DNA of 63,371 nucleotides, the filler included, from Octopus bimaculoides (taxonomy: Eukaryota): assembly GCF_001194135.2 (NCBI RefSeq). It is 6 parts of 6 records of this genome, joined end to end, with 100 filler letters (N's around TTAATTAATTAA, not from the genome) between each part and the next. Parts side by side here need not be neighbours in the genome. Positions count along the whole stretch, not along the records: positions 1 to 15,404 come from NC_068994.1; positions 15,505 to 31,075 come from NC_069007.1; 4 more parts are not named here. One strand, given 5' to 3'. Below are positions 11,466-24,789 of the stretch, one piece after another. Numbering within the stretch: the first letter of the stretch is position 1; every line of letters begins with the position of its first letter. A program made the translations under genes and the position numbers. Below the pieces are notes generated by a model. It ran no database searches, was not told the DNA's origin, and saw nothing but the letters and a program-made list of their open reading frames with translations.

Positions 11466-12935
11466 TCTGTCTGTCTCTGTCTCTGTCTCTGTCTGTCTGT
11501 CTGCCTGTCTCTGTCTCTGTCTCTGTCTGTCTCTCTATCTATCTATCTATCTCCGCATCTCTCTCCCTCTCTCCCCACTTCTAATTCTCCCACCCTAGGT
11601 GTGCCGTTGCCTCGAAGAGTGAGAGACTTGAAGTCTGCGTCTGCTTGTTCCTAAACACAAGTTCCTAAAACAATCAGCAAAAGTATGGCACATGTGACTT
11701 GGCCATAAAAATTCGGGGCTAACGGCTAGCTCTTGGGTTTTAGGAAATAATTACTTTGAAAACTATATTCTTCGTTATGCTCTTGTCATGTATTGCATTC
11801 TAAGAGTTATTTTCTGTTATTTTTATGTCAAGATTTGAACGCGTCAACAAAGAGCTAGATGCGATTGTCTACGAGAAGATATTGGTTCAAGAAGAAACAA
11901 TGAAACTGCAATGAATATTTGCCCTTGTTACTTGTTTATTCTTACAAAAATACAAAAACTAAAACTAAATCAGTCATCATTGGACAGAGTTCGATCCGTG
12001 GAATTAAAGCCTTTTGCCTAGATCCTGTATTATTAACCAGCACTGTTCCTCTGCAGGGATCGTTGTGTTAATAACCTTCACGGTTGTTCCATAAGGTGGT
12101 TATTGCTGATGGGGTAATATTTCATAAGGGCATTACTATTACGTCGACGCTTTCATTTTAATTTAATGAGGTGGCATTTGCTGCAAATAAAACTTCTGCT
12201 CTTATTCAATCATGCTAGTACTCCTTTCTTCTGCCGGTAATTTGAATCGATTCCGAATTTGATATTTTCCGTCTTCTAATCTTGACCCCGTATCTTTCAA
12301 TTCGTCTTTCACACAGCCTCTTTTTCTCCCCCTCTGTGTCTCACCTCCTTCCCTCCCACCTCTCTGTGTATTCCTGCCTGTCTGTCTGTCAGTATGTATG
12401 TATGTATGTTTCTCTCTCTCTCTCTCTCTCTTGTGGGTAGATTATTAAAATCATTGAAATGCGTTGAAAAATATAACATATTTCAAATAAAACATTTCAT
12501 CACACGATTTAATTCTGTAAAAATGGCTTCAAAGTGCCTGAAATCTTCCACTTACTTGCAGTTTCCATCTTAACTTAACCAGAGATTCACATTTGAAGTT
12601 TTGTGAAAGATTAATTTATAATATCTAGCGTCAGCCAACTGTAAGCAACTTATGTAAAGGATATTAAACATTATCAACACACGCAGCAGTTACTGAGCCC
12701 GAACCACGTATGTATCACTTGCCTTGTCAGAACTCCAGCTAATCTGTCTTCTCTAATTAAGTACCATAAATTGTTTTAACTGTATTACTTTATATCGACA
12801 AGATAATTATTCACCAGACGATTATTGTTTGAAGAGGAAACAGCTGGCACTTTGAAGTCTAAAAGTTAGAGCAGTGACTTAACAAGCGATAGTTACGTGT
12901 TTCGAATCTTGTCTACGGTCATCTTTTATCGTTGA

Positions 12936-13272
12936 CTTCTTTCAGTCATTAGACTACGGCCATGTTGGGGCTCCACCTTGAAGAATTTTCAATCGTATGA
13001 ATCGACCCCATTACAGTCTTTTTAAGCCTCGTACTTTTATCGATCTCTCTTACGAACTGCCGATTTACGACGACGGAAATACATCCAGACCGATTCTCAA
13101 ATGATAGTGGGAGACACACACACACACACACACACACACGACGGGCTTCTTTCAATTTCTGTCAACCAAATCCACTCCCAAGGCTTTGGTTGGCCCGAGG
13201 CTGTAGGAGAAAACACTTTCCCAAGATGCCATGCAGTGAGACTGAACCCGGAACCATATAGTTGGGAAACAA
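12936..13272 (-). mobile_element. SINE family A
   Basis: Head, central (AC)n and tail all present. Confidence 0.85.
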
Positions 13273-13869
13273 TACATATGCCGTTACACGAGCACATTCA
13301 GTTTCCACAAGTAAGAAGTGCAGAAAGGACTTCGTATACAAACACGTTCAATAACAGATCCTATTTTGTTTATAATGTAGCAGATAAGAGAAACTGTTAA
13401 GTATAATAAACCAAAGGTTGCTGAAGCAACAATAATCACTTCCTGTTTCCTGGGGGTAATTGGTTTCGTCAGCGAAAATGCGGGGAAAATTGGATAAAGA
13501 CGCTTCATTCAGTGTTCACCTTTCTTGTTGAATGAATTTTAGGAGAAGACTTGACAAAGTTAAGGAGATCCATGCTGCAAGCTTCTACAATGTCGTGTCT
13601 TGGAAGTGCCTTGGGTTCAATAATTTCAATGATTTGGTATAAAACCAGACAACCGGAAGTTTACTGTCAGCTATGTTTAAGTAGATCATGGTTACGATGT
13701 GAAAGGATCAGCATGAATGTTGGGACGGGTGGTGAGGTGGAGAAGATGAAAGATAATGATACAAGGCGAGAGATAATAATACGTGATAGAAGATAACACA
13801 TGGTAGAAACGGTCAAGTATAACGGACATTACACAATATATATATGCAGCACACGCATTCAATCACATA

Positions 13870-13975
13870 ACGTGAAATAAAGTGTCTTGTTCAAGGACAC
13901 AACGCGCGGCCGGGAATCGAACTCGTGACCCTACGATCGCGAGTCGAGTACCCTAACCACCAAACCACACGACTT
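13870..13975 (-). mobile_element. SINE head C fragment
   Basis: AAGTGTCTTGTTCAAGGACAC..GGGAATCGAAC..CCCTAACCAC. Confidence 0.8.
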
Positions 13976-14539
13976 CACACACACACATTTATAGACATAC
14001 AAACACACTTACACACACACACATATATGTATATATACACACTTACACATACCTATATGCGTGTGTATGTGTGTGCATATACAAACACCTACACACAAAC
14101 ATATTAGACACGTGTGAACAGGCCGAAAAAGAGATAACTGTTAAGTTCAGTTTTAAAAGCATAGTTGATGATAACTTCATCTAGCTGATAAATAAGAAAT
14201 GTACGTATTGTTTATTTTCTTCGTCTACTTACTTACCTACCTGTCCGGCCACTACTTGCCTGCCTGCTTGCATGCCTGCTTGCCTGCCTGTCTGTCTATC
14301 TCTCTGAGTGCTTCTACTCTCATTGGAAATAATCGGAGGTGTAACACCAAACTTGTTCAGATAAAACGTTGCTGTCGTTTGAATTATATATCACATAGTG
14401 TTTGTTATTCTATGGCAACCTGTGGGTTTGTATGTGGGTGTATATGCACAGTTTTTTATGTTAGGGAATGGAGCGGATAAAATCCAGGCTATATATGTTT
14501 CATATGTAATAATTCCCTAAATAAAAAAAATAATAAATG

Positions 14540-14782
14540 CGCCCTTTTAAAGCCTAGCCAGGCTCATGGGCCCGGTTTCCCGATTTCAATGACGTATGTG
14601 TTCCCCAGCTGGACGGGACGCCAGTCCATCGTAGCGTTATTCATTTTTGCCAGCTGAGTGGACTGGAGTAACGTGAAATGAAGTGTTTTGCTCAAGAACA
14701 CGTGTCGCCCGGTTCAGGAATCGAAACCACAATCTTACGATCATGATGCTGACACCCTAACCACTAAGCCACGCGCCTCCAC
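14540..14782 (-). mobile_element. SINE, head C + tail T1, full length
   Basis: Reverse complement GTGGAGGCGCGTGGCTTAGTGGTTAGGG..GGTTTCGATTCC..GATGGACTGGCGTCCCGTCCAGCTGGGG. Confidence 0.9.
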
Positions 14783-15448
14783 AATAATTACCTAAACGAG
14801 GAGGTAATCCGCTCGCTACTCGTCGAGCCAAAGATACCTTAATCAAATGACGGTTACATTATCGTCAAGGGATCCTATGTTAACTTGCAAGAGATTCAAT
14901 CAAAAATGACTGAAAAACACAGAGTTAGAGGAAAAAAAGGAAAGCATATTCGTGAAGAAATAATATATGGGAGTGGATAAATGCCTGAACTTGTTAAGGA
15001 AAAGAACGACTTAATTTTTTTTATTAACCACACAGCGTCGACACACAGAGGGAACAACACAAGGACAGAAAAAACACAAAAGTGGAGGAAAAATAAAATC
15101 GAACGAAAAGAATGGTAATGATAAATGAAAAGGTGGAATGACATCTACTCGAACCCCACACTCCAGTTAACGTCATTGAACGTTGTTAGAAAAAAAAATT
15201 TTTTTGATACGTGTTATTTTATTTTTGTCTCTTTCTCCTTGTGTGTTGCTTGTTTTATATACTTTGTGGACGACTGACATGCGTGGAGTGTGAGTTGGCC
15301 AAATACAAAATCTATCTATCTATCTATCTATCTATCTATGTACATATATATATATATGTATGTATGTATAACGCCTAGTTTAGAATAGAAGCAGCTGATG
15401 AAGGNNNNNNNNNNNNNNNNNNNNNNNNNNNNNNNNNNNNNNNNNNNN

Positions 15449-15460
15449 TTAATTAATTAA
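15449..15460. other. Scaffold linker TTAATTAATTAA within N run (assembly artefact)
   Basis: Same 12-mer flanked by 44 N each side at five sites. Confidence 0.95.
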
Positions 15461-16446
15461 NNNNNNNNNNNNNNNNNNNNNNNNNNNNNNNNNNNNNNNN
15501 NNNNCCTTCCCCCAAAATTGCTGGCCATACATACATATATACAAACGTACATACATACATACATGCATACATACATACATACATACATACATACATACAT
15601 AGGTTATGAACTTACTAGAAATACGAATCAAATGTCTCGCAAACCACACACGGAAGGCTGTGATTTGATGAAGATCTGGAATATATTTCTAGCATATCAA
15701 GCGACATTTTCGATCTCCCTCATTGCCTCGTCAGGGAGACATTCAAGTGAGAGGTGTCAACAATAGCACCATCCTAACCAATTACGAAATCTCAGTGAGT
15801 TATAATGGAAGAATTCCTTCTGAAGACGTTGCTATCAAACTCTAATGAACTCCGGATGTTTTTGGGGTCACTTCAAATCACTGCGTCTAATTGGAGCGTT
15901 GTAATAGTTAATTAATAAATACGTACGTTAATTAATTAAAACCACGGTCTTATTTTGATTACTTGCAACATTGGAGGTAAGACAGCTGCAGTTTGTGTTA
16001 TCAGGTTATTGATTGTCTCAGCACACATCCACCTGTCGCTGGATCCATGTTCCTCACCGTTGTGCGCCATCATGTGAAGTGGACAGCGTCAGTGAATGTA
16101 GGAGGTGGCGTGTAAATTAGGAGGGGAAACTGACAGAGACGGATCCGTGTCTGTATGAGGATGTGTGCATGTGTATGTACGAGTACGTGGGTGTGAGTGT
16201 GTGTGTATGTGTGTGTGTGTACGTGCACTGTTAGAAGATGAAGGTTAAGAAAGAGAGAGATGAGGGAGAGATGTTTTGATAGATAGTCTGGTATAAATAT
16301 ATAAATGTATAAATGTATATTACGCGGACGTATATATAAGCACGTAATTGTGAAAAAATGTGGGGGAAAAAAGTACTCGAATACCGGAGGTAGAGTAATA
16401 TGCTTTATTATTAAAGCAGCAAAAACATCATAAAAATATCGCATAA

Positions 16447-16488
16447 AACTGCTACTCAGTGTTTCACGCTTCCGTTCATCGGGCAGTT
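16447..16488 (-). ncRNA. Type I minimal hammerhead ribozyme (U4C core variant)
   Basis: AACUGC-CCGAUGA-ACG(GAAG)CGU-GAAA-C(ACUGA)GU-A-GCAGUU: 6-bp helix I, 3-bp helix II, 2-bp helix III, GUA cleavage triplet. Confidence 0.7.
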
Positions 16489-16529
16489 GTGATCAAGATT
16501 CTTGATCACAACTGTCCGATGAACGGAAG
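16469..16529. repeat. 61-bp palindrome (30-bp arms, 1-nt spacer, one mismatch)
   Basis: CTTCCGTTCATCGGGCAGTTGTGATCAAGA-T-TCTTGATCACAACTGTCCGATGAACGGAAG. Confidence 0.95.
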
Positions 16530-16814
16530 ATGTGTGTATACATATATACATGTGTATGTGTATATAAAATAAATCGAACACACATGTATAAATTGTGTCT
16601 TGTTAGTTCGGAGGTCGGCTGCAGTTTTGGGGTGTAAGAGAATATACGTAAAACTACCTTTCTTTCCTTCCCTGAATGTCTGCTAATACTTTGCATGTAC
16701 CAAGTCCTTGACTTGCTGGTTTTTCTCTTGTGTTTGTTCTTGGTTTTTTGGGGGGTTTTTTGAGGCGGATTTATTATATATATATATATATAAATATATA
16801 TATATATAGTTGGA

Positions 16815-16955
16815 ATTTACAGAAAAGACAAAACAAAAGACGAAGACGGGTGTGTAAACAACAAACAGATGTATTAGTTTAACGCTCGTGAAGTGAGAAT
16901 GTCTTTTACGTTTCGAGCCTACGCTCTTCAACAGAAAGAAACACAGAAATAAGCA
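16815..16955 (-). mobile_element. Penelope-like terminal-repeat family E
   Basis: Three copies in window; contains a hammerhead-like motif of the kind found in PLE pseudo-LTRs. Confidence 0.65.
16902..16939 (-). ncRNA. Minimal hammerhead-like ribozyme (A6U variant, palindromic helix III)
   Basis: UCUUU-CUGUUGA-A-GAGC(GUAG)GCUC-GAA-ACGU-A-AAAGA. Confidence 0.55.
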
Positions 16956-16974
16956 AATATATATGTATGATATG

Positions 16975-17013
<39 letters not shown>

Positions 17014-17847
17014 ACACGCACGCATATATGCAAGCTTATAATTTCAGATACGTATATAAAGCTATATATATATATGTATAATAATTTTTTTAGAGACACT
17101 TTCAAATTTATCAGAATATTTGGGCTGAAGATTGGAATAGTGAAATTNNNNNNNNNNNNNNNNNNNNNNNNNNNNNNNNNNNNNNNNNNNNNNNNNNNNN
17201 NNNNNNNNNNNNNNNNNNNNNNNNNNNNNNNNNNNNNNNNNNNNNNNNNNNNNNNNNNNNNNNNNNNNNNNNNNNNNNNNNNNNNNNNNNNNNNNNNNNN
17301 NNNNNNNNNNNNNNNNNNNNNNNNNNNNNNNNNNNNNNNNNNNNNNNNNNNNNNNNNNNNNNNNNNNNNNNNNNNNNNNNNNNNNNNNNNNNNNNNNNNN
17401 NNNNNNNNNNNNNNNNNNNNNNNNNNNNNNNNNNNNNNNNNNNNNNNNNNNNNNNNNNNNNNNNNNNNNNNNNNNNNNNNNNNNNNNNNNNNNNNNNNNN
17501 NNNNNNNNNNNNNNNNNNNNNNNNNNNNNNNNNNNNNNNNNNNNNNNNNNNNNNNNNNNNNNNNNNNNNNNNNNNNNNNNNNNNNNNNNNNNNNNNNNNN
17601 NNNNNNNNNNNNNNNNNNNNNNNNNNNNNNNNNNNNNNNNNNNNNNNNNNNNNNNNNNNNNNNNNNNNNNNNNNNNNNNNNNNNNNNNNNNNNNNNNNNN
17701 NNNNNNNNNNNNNNNNNNNNNNNNNNNNNNNNNNNNNNNNNNNNNNNNNNNNNNNNNNNNNNNNNNNNNNNNNNNNNNNNNNNNNNNNNNNNNNNNNNNN
17801 NNNNNNNNNNNNNNNNNNNNNNNNNNNNNNNNNNNNNNNNNNNNNNN

Positions 17848-17943
17848 GGAGGAGGATGTGATGATGATGATGATGGTGATGGTGATGATGATGGTGAAGA
17901 TGATGACGATGATGATGATGGTGATGATGATGATGACGATGAC

Positions 17944-17981
<38 letters not shown>

Positions 17982-18420
17982 CGATGATGATAATGGTGAT
18001 GATGATAGTGATGACGATGACGAGGATGATGATGACGACGATTACGAGGAAAAGTAGGATGAGGGGGTACGTATCAGAAAACACGAGGATCAAGGAGATT
18101 AAGAGAAGAAGATGTAAACAATTTATGAAGTTAGAAATGTTGTGTGTGGCTCTGCTGGTAAAGCAGCTTTACGGTTTCGAATGTTGCCGGCGACCAGCAT
18201 GATGATCGCTGCTGGGAGGAGGCTGAGAGAGGTGGTGGCCATGGTGTTGCGAATCTCGGTGCCCAGAATAGTTTTTGTTGTTGTTGTTGTTGTTGTTTGT
18301 GGTGGTGGTGATGACGACGAGGTTGAGATGATGAGGATGATGACGATGATGATGACGATGATGATGACGATGATGATGATGACGACGATGATTATGATGA
18401 TGAACATAATGATAAGTAAC
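17848..18420. repeat. (GAT)n/(GAC)n/(GTT)n arrays
   Basis: Seen directly; bounded by gaps 17148-17847 and 18479-19329. Confidence 0.9.
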
Positions 18421-19401
18421 AGCAATAGTATTGGAGACAGTGGTACCACTCCCACCCACACCCCTACCTCAACGTCTGNNNNNNNNNNNNNNNNNNNNNN
18501 NNNNNNNNNNNNNNNNNNNNNNNNNNNNNNNNNNNNNNNNNNNNNNNNNNNNNNNNNNNNNNNNNNNNNNNNNNNNNNNNNNNNNNNNNNNNNNNNNNNN
18601 NNNNNNNNNNNNNNNNNNNNNNNNNNNNNNNNNNNNNNNNNNNNNNNNNNNNNNNNNNNNNNNNNNNNNNNNNNNNNNNNNNNNNNNNNNNNNNNNNNNN
18701 NNNNNNNNNNNNNNNNNNNNNNNNNNNNNNNNNNNNNNNNNNNNNNNNNNNNNNNNNNNNNNNNNNNNNNNNNNNNNNNNNNNNNNNNNNNNNNNNNNNN
18801 NNNNNNNNNNNNNNNNNNNNNNNNNNNNNNNNNNNNNNNNNNNNNNNNNNNNNNNNNNNNNNNNNNNNNNNNNNNNNNNNNNNNNNNNNNNNNNNNNNNN
18901 NNNNNNNNNNNNNNNNNNNNNNNNNNNNNNNNNNNNNNNNNNNNNNNNNNNNNNNNNNNNNNNNNNNNNNNNNNNNNNNNNNNNNNNNNNNNNNNNNNNN
19001 NNNNNNNNNNNNNNNNNNNNNNNNNNNNNNNNNNNNNNNNNNNNNNNNNNNNNNNNNNNNNNNNNNNNNNNNNNNNNNNNNNNNNNNNNNNNNNNNNNNN
19101 NNNNNNNNNNNNNNNNNNNNNNNNNNNNNNNNNNNNNNNNNNNNNNNNNNNNNNNNNNNNNNNNNNNNNNNNNNNNNNNNNNNNNNNNNNNNNNNNNNNN
19201 NNNNNNNNNNNNNNNNNNNNNNNNNNNNNNNNNNNNNNNNNNNNNNNNNNNNNNNNNNNNNNNNNNNNNNNNNNNNNNNNNNNNNNNNNNNNNNNNNNNN
19301 NNNNNNNNNNNNNNNNNNNNNNNNNNNNTATATATATATATATATATATACATCAATATAGATACATACATATACAGATGTATATATACATAAATTCATG
19401 C

Positions 19402-19434
<33 letters not shown>

Positions 19435-19619
19435 CATGCAAGCACAGGTGTATATATGTACATATGCATGCACACATGCATTTCTAAACATATACACATA
19501 TATTTCTATGTGTGTGTGTGTATGTACGTATGTATATATGTGCTTCTCTCTATGACAGTGTATATCTACACATCCATACAAACATAACCACACTCACGCA
19601 CACAAACACTGTATGTATG

Positions 19620-19665
<46 letters not shown>

Positions 19666-20051
19666 GTAAAAACGCGAATGCAAATTCGAAATCGGATTTA
19701 CACACATACATATGTACTTACACATACGCAAACACATGCATACTCTAAAACAAACATACACACATGCATACATACATACATACATACACATTCATATATG
19801 TTTATACGCACGTATGCGTGAAACACATGTTCAGTCATATACGCCCGTCTATATACACACCGGCCATCAAGGACTCGGCAATTAGCGAATCGAAAAACCA
19901 ACCGTCGATTGCCACCAACCTCGTTTCAACGTCGTCCTCTTCCTACTCAAGACGATCACTTCTTGTCGTGCGTGTATATAGCTGTATGCATGTGTTTATA
20001 CGCACACACACATATACATATATACACCTCCATATATATATGCATATATAC

Positions 20052-20087
<36 letters not shown>

Positions 20088-20586
20088 NNNNNNNNNNNNN
20101 NNNNNNNNNNNNNNNNNNNNNNNNNNNNNNNNNNNNNNNNNNNNNNNNNNNNNNNNNNNNNNNNNNNNNNNNNNNNNNNNNNNNNNNNNNNNNNNNNNNN
20201 NNNNNNNNNNNNNNNNNNNNNNNNNNNNNNNNNNNNNNNNNNNNNNNNNNNNNNNNNNNNNNNNNNNNNNNNNNNNNNNNNNNNNNNNNNNNNNNNNNNN
20301 NNNNNNNNNNNNNNNNNNNNNNNNNNNNNNNNNNNNNNNNNNNNNNNNNNNNNNNNNNNNNNNNNNNNNNNNNNNNNNNNNNNNNNNNNNNNNNNNNNNN
20401 NNNNNNNNNNNNNNNNNNNNNNNNNNNNNNNNNNNNNNNNNNNNNNNNNNNNNNNNNNNNNNNNNNNNNNNNNNNNNNNNNNNNNNNNNNNNNNNNNNNN
20501 NNNNNNNNNNNNNNNNNNNNNNNNNNNNNNNNNNNNNNNNNNNNNNNNNNNNNNNNNNNNNNNNNNNNNNNNNNNNNNNNNNNNNN

Positions 20587-20668
<82 letters not shown>

Positions 20669-20902
20669 GGCATAATTGTTAAAAATAAAATTACTACAAT
20701 TGTGATGACGATGATGATGATGACGATGATGATGATGATGGTAATGATGACGACGATGACGATGATGATGACGATGATGATGATGATGATGATGATGACG
20801 ATGACGACGATGACGACGATGATGATGATGATGATGGTGATGATGACGATGATGATGATGATGATGATGACGATGATGATGATGATGATGATGGTGATGA
20901 CA

Positions 20903-20943
<41 letters not shown>

Positions 20944-20945
20944 AT
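20587..20945. repeat. (ATT)n then (GAT/GAC)n array
   Basis: Seen directly. Confidence 0.95.
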
Positions 20946-22599
20946 TGTTATTGCTACTCATTTGAAATCCCCGTTCGTCATCTCCAGCCTGTGATTGCTT
21001 GACGCCACACGCACTCTCACCACCAACACCGTTCCTTTCCTGACCATCACCACTAACATTAACGTCAGTCTCGGAACTATCATAACCCGCATCAGACTCG
21101 TCATCGCAATTTCAATCGCCATCGTCATCGATACCATCATCATCATTAGCATCATCATCATCACCATCTTCATCATAATCATCATCATCATCATCGTCGT
21201 CGTCGTCTTCACCATCATATGTGTGTGTGTGTATATATATATATATACGCACACACACACATACATCTATTCATATACATACTAATATGTACGTGTGTTT
21301 GTGTGTGTGTGTGTGTCTGTGTGTGTATGTGTGTGTACGCGTACGCGCGTAGCATGAATAAAACCTCTTCAAAAATGACAACGAACGTTAATTAGTCAAG
21401 GACAACATGTATATATATATACATATATATATATACACAAATATCGCCATCCGTTTTAGAGAAAAATTTGTAGTTTAGAATCAGTAGTTCTTTGACTGCT
21501 ATTTCTGAATTTTCAGTATGTTGGAGAAGCAACTCAATTGCTAATCCCTTATATTTATGATGATAAATGGTCTTACCGATAAAGGTTTTTTTCATACTGA
21601 ACTACTTGGCAAAATTGTTAATTGTTAATTCTATTATTAATTGACGATTCCCTGCCCTCATTTCTTGTATATTTTATATTTGATATCTCTAAGTTAGATG
21701 GTTAAACCATAATCCCTCCACACGGGACTTCTTTTCATACGGGACTATTTGTGACGCACNNNNNNNNNNNNNNNNNNNNNNNNNNNNNNNNNNNNNNNNN
21801 NNNNNNNNNNNNNNNNNNNNNNNNNNNNNNNNNNNNNNNNNNNNNNNNNNNNNNNNNNNNNNNNNNNNNNNNNNNNNNNNNNNNNNNNNNNNNNNNNNNN
21901 NNNNNNNNNNNNNNNNNNNNNNNNNNNNNNNNNNNNNNNNNNNNNNNNNNNNNNNNNNNNNNNNNNNNNNNNNNNNNNNNNNNNNNNNNNNNNNNNNNNN
22001 NNNNNNNNNNNNNNNNNNNNNNNNNNNNNNNNNNNNNNNNNNNNNNNNNNNNNNNNNNNNNNNNNNNNNNNNNNNNNNNNNNNNNNNNNNNNNNNNNNNN
22101 NNNNNNNNNNNNNNNNNNNNNNNNNNNNNNNNNNNNNNNNNNNNNNNNNNNNNNNNNNNNNNNNNNNNNNNNNNNNNNNNNNNNNNNNNNNNNNNNNNNN
22201 NNNNNNNNNNNNNNNNNNNNNNNNNNNNNNNNNNNNNNNNNNNNNNNNNNNNNNNNNNNNNNNNNNNNNNNNNNNNNNNNNNNNNNNNNNNNNNNNNNNN
22301 NNNNNNNNNNNNNNNNNNNNNNNNNNNNNNNNNNNNNNNNNNNNNNNNNNNNNNNNNNNNNNNNNNNNNNNNNNNNNNNNNNNNNNNNNNNNNNNNNNNN
22401 NNNNNNNNNNNNNNNNNNNNNNNNNNNNNNNNNNNNNNNNNNNNNNNNNNNNNNNNNNNNNNNNNNNNNNNNNNNNNNNNNNNNNNNNNNNNNNNNNNNN
22501 NNNNNNNNNNNNNNNNNNNNNNNNNNNNNNNNNNNNNNNNNNNNNNNNNNNNNNNNNNNNNNNNNNNNNNNNNNNNNNNNNNNNNNNNNNNNNNNNNCA

Positions 22600-22680
22600 T
22601 ATAAATATATCAAAAGGATGTGTTATAATACTATTCCGCAGCCATACCAACAATCCAACATACGCCCATCATCAGCTGCC
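22600..22680 (+). repeat. Short dispersed repeat, unclassified
   Basis: AAAAGGATGTGTTATAATACTATTCC..CCATACCAACAATCCAACATAC recurs at 55765-55840. Confidence 0.7.
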
Positions 22681-22724
22681 CCACGGATATCATTATGGTT
22701 TCGATACCTGGGCAGTACCAGGTT

Positions 22725-22824
22725 TTAAAATAAATAAGTACTGGATTCAATTCATTCAACTGTAAAATTCTTCAAAGCGATGTTCCAGCATGACTGCAGC
22801 CTAATGAGTGAAACAAGCAAAAGG

Positions 22825-22825
<1 letters not shown>
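22725..22825 (+). mobile_element. SINE family A tail
   Basis: AGTACCAGG..AAGTACTGG..TCCAGCATGACTGCAG..GAAACAAG. Confidence 0.7.
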
Positions 22826-22897
<72 letters not shown>

Positions 22898-23597
22898 GTG
22901 TGCGTGTGTGTAGTACAGCTGCGTCAGGTACTCCTAAAGATATAATTCTATAGATTGATAGTCGTTAATTATTTTTTCGTTTATTTAATCATGGTTTTAA
23001 TTAATAAATGATAACAATTTGGCATTTTTTACTTTTGTAAATGATGTTAAGCTTAAACACTTTATTAATAATGTAATACAATTAATTGACAACGTTAATT
23101 AAACCACAAACGTTAATGTCTCTTAATTTACAAGCTACTCAATAAAAAATGTTTTAGTTTTAAAATTCTATATCATAATTTATCTAATTAAAATAAACAA
23201 TTACCATTTAATTAGTGTGTATCATCCTAAGATCTGCTTTGATGAGAAAAAAAAAGCTACCTTACCATCAGAGAAGAGAAAGAAAATTATTCAACTACAT
23301 AAAACTATTCAAAATCGTGGACTTATAGTGCCATAGACGCTGAATTTGTGGCCTTAGTATAGTCCTGTTTGTCAACTAACTAATTTCCTTGTTACACAAA
23401 GCCTGCAATGCCACAAGAATTCGTAACATAAGTAGCATTCCTATTTATATTCGCCCTCACTCCCATTATCCCTTATATTTGGCTTCGAGAGAGGGTTACC
23501 GGAGACGTTAGATCCTCTTGTATGCCTTTCAAGTGGTGTAGAGACTGAAAGCTAACAGCAAAATGGTGACCCGAACGCATGCTGACAATCTATATTA

Positions 23598-23814
23598 CAG
23601 TAATTCCTTGATTATTACGGGTGTTACCCCTCCCCACGCAATAGGTGAAAATCTGCAAGTTGAAACAGTACTGTACTGTATATTTTTTAATTATTATTTT
23701 CATAATTTGTATATATTTATTTTATTATAAGCGCAAAACAACACCACGGAGGAATTTACGTAAGCTTAGATAATAAACCGCGATAGGTGAACCGCGATAC
23801 GTGAGGGATTACTT
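23598..23814. mobile_element. Pogo/Tigger-like MITE
   Basis: TA-CAGTAATTCCTTG...GAGGGATTACTT-TA termini; internal CGCAATAGGTGAA / CCGCGATAGGTGAA repeats. Confidence 0.6.
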
Positions 23815-23841
23815 TATTCCTGCAATTAAAAACGGCAAATT

Positions 23842-24022
23842 CACAGAATTGTTAATGCATCGGTTACAAACGTGCTCTTTACGTTTTGGGTTCAAATCCC
23901 GCCGGGGTCGATTTTGCCTTTTATCCTTTAGAAGTAAAGTACTAATCAATTTCTGGGGTGGATGTGTTTCGACCTACCTCCTACCCTAAACTCTGCTGGC
24001 CTTGTACTATAAATAGAATTAT
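23842..24022 (+). mobile_element. SINE family B
   Basis: GGGTTCAAATCCCGCCGGGGTCGATTTTGCCTTTTATCCTTT..GGCCTTGT. Confidence 0.75.
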
Positions 24023-24029
24023 TTCTCCC

Positions 24030-24087
<58 letters not shown>

Positions 24088-24300
24088 ATATTTATATATT
24101 TGATACACACATATATATATATATATATATACACACAGACATACACTTATATACATATGGGGGGGGGGCACGTGCGTGTGTGTGTCAAATTCCTTCTTTC
24201 TCTCTTCTATTTTGGTTCTGTCTCTGAGCGTCCTTCGTACGCCCATTCCTTTCTGATCGCTTCTCTCTCCATCTCCACCTCTCTTTCTGTTTCTCTTCCC

Positions 24301-24331
<31 letters not shown>

Positions 24332-24789
24332 TACATACGTACGTACGTACGTACGTACACACATACATACATTCATACAAATATGTTTATAATGCGTATA
24401 TATGTGTGTGTGTGTGTGTGTACACACATAGGTGCATATATATAGATATATAAATAATAATATATAATATATATATGTATGGTGTGTATGTATATTTATG
24501 TATATATACACATATATATGTGTGTGTGTAAGTGTGCGTATACACACACACACACATTTATATAGGCATGTATATATGTATGTAGGTACGTCGGAGTGTA
24601 TATCTCTGTCTGAGCTAATGGTGAAGTCCTCACCGCTAACCAATTGTGACAGAGCAGCTCAGCTCCATCTCGACTCGCCATGAAACCTGCCGGAGTTTAA
24701 TTCAATTGGACAAGCAATCACTCTCCCTCGTTTTCCTCGCTAAATCTTGCAGGACGTCTTTACGTAGAGTGGAGGCACTTAAGATCTCC

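Noticed and set aside
21520-21565. CWRSNSIANPLY resembling a GPCR TM7 motif
   Set aside because: Spacing is NPxY rather than NPxxY, a stop follows at once, and there are no other TM segments
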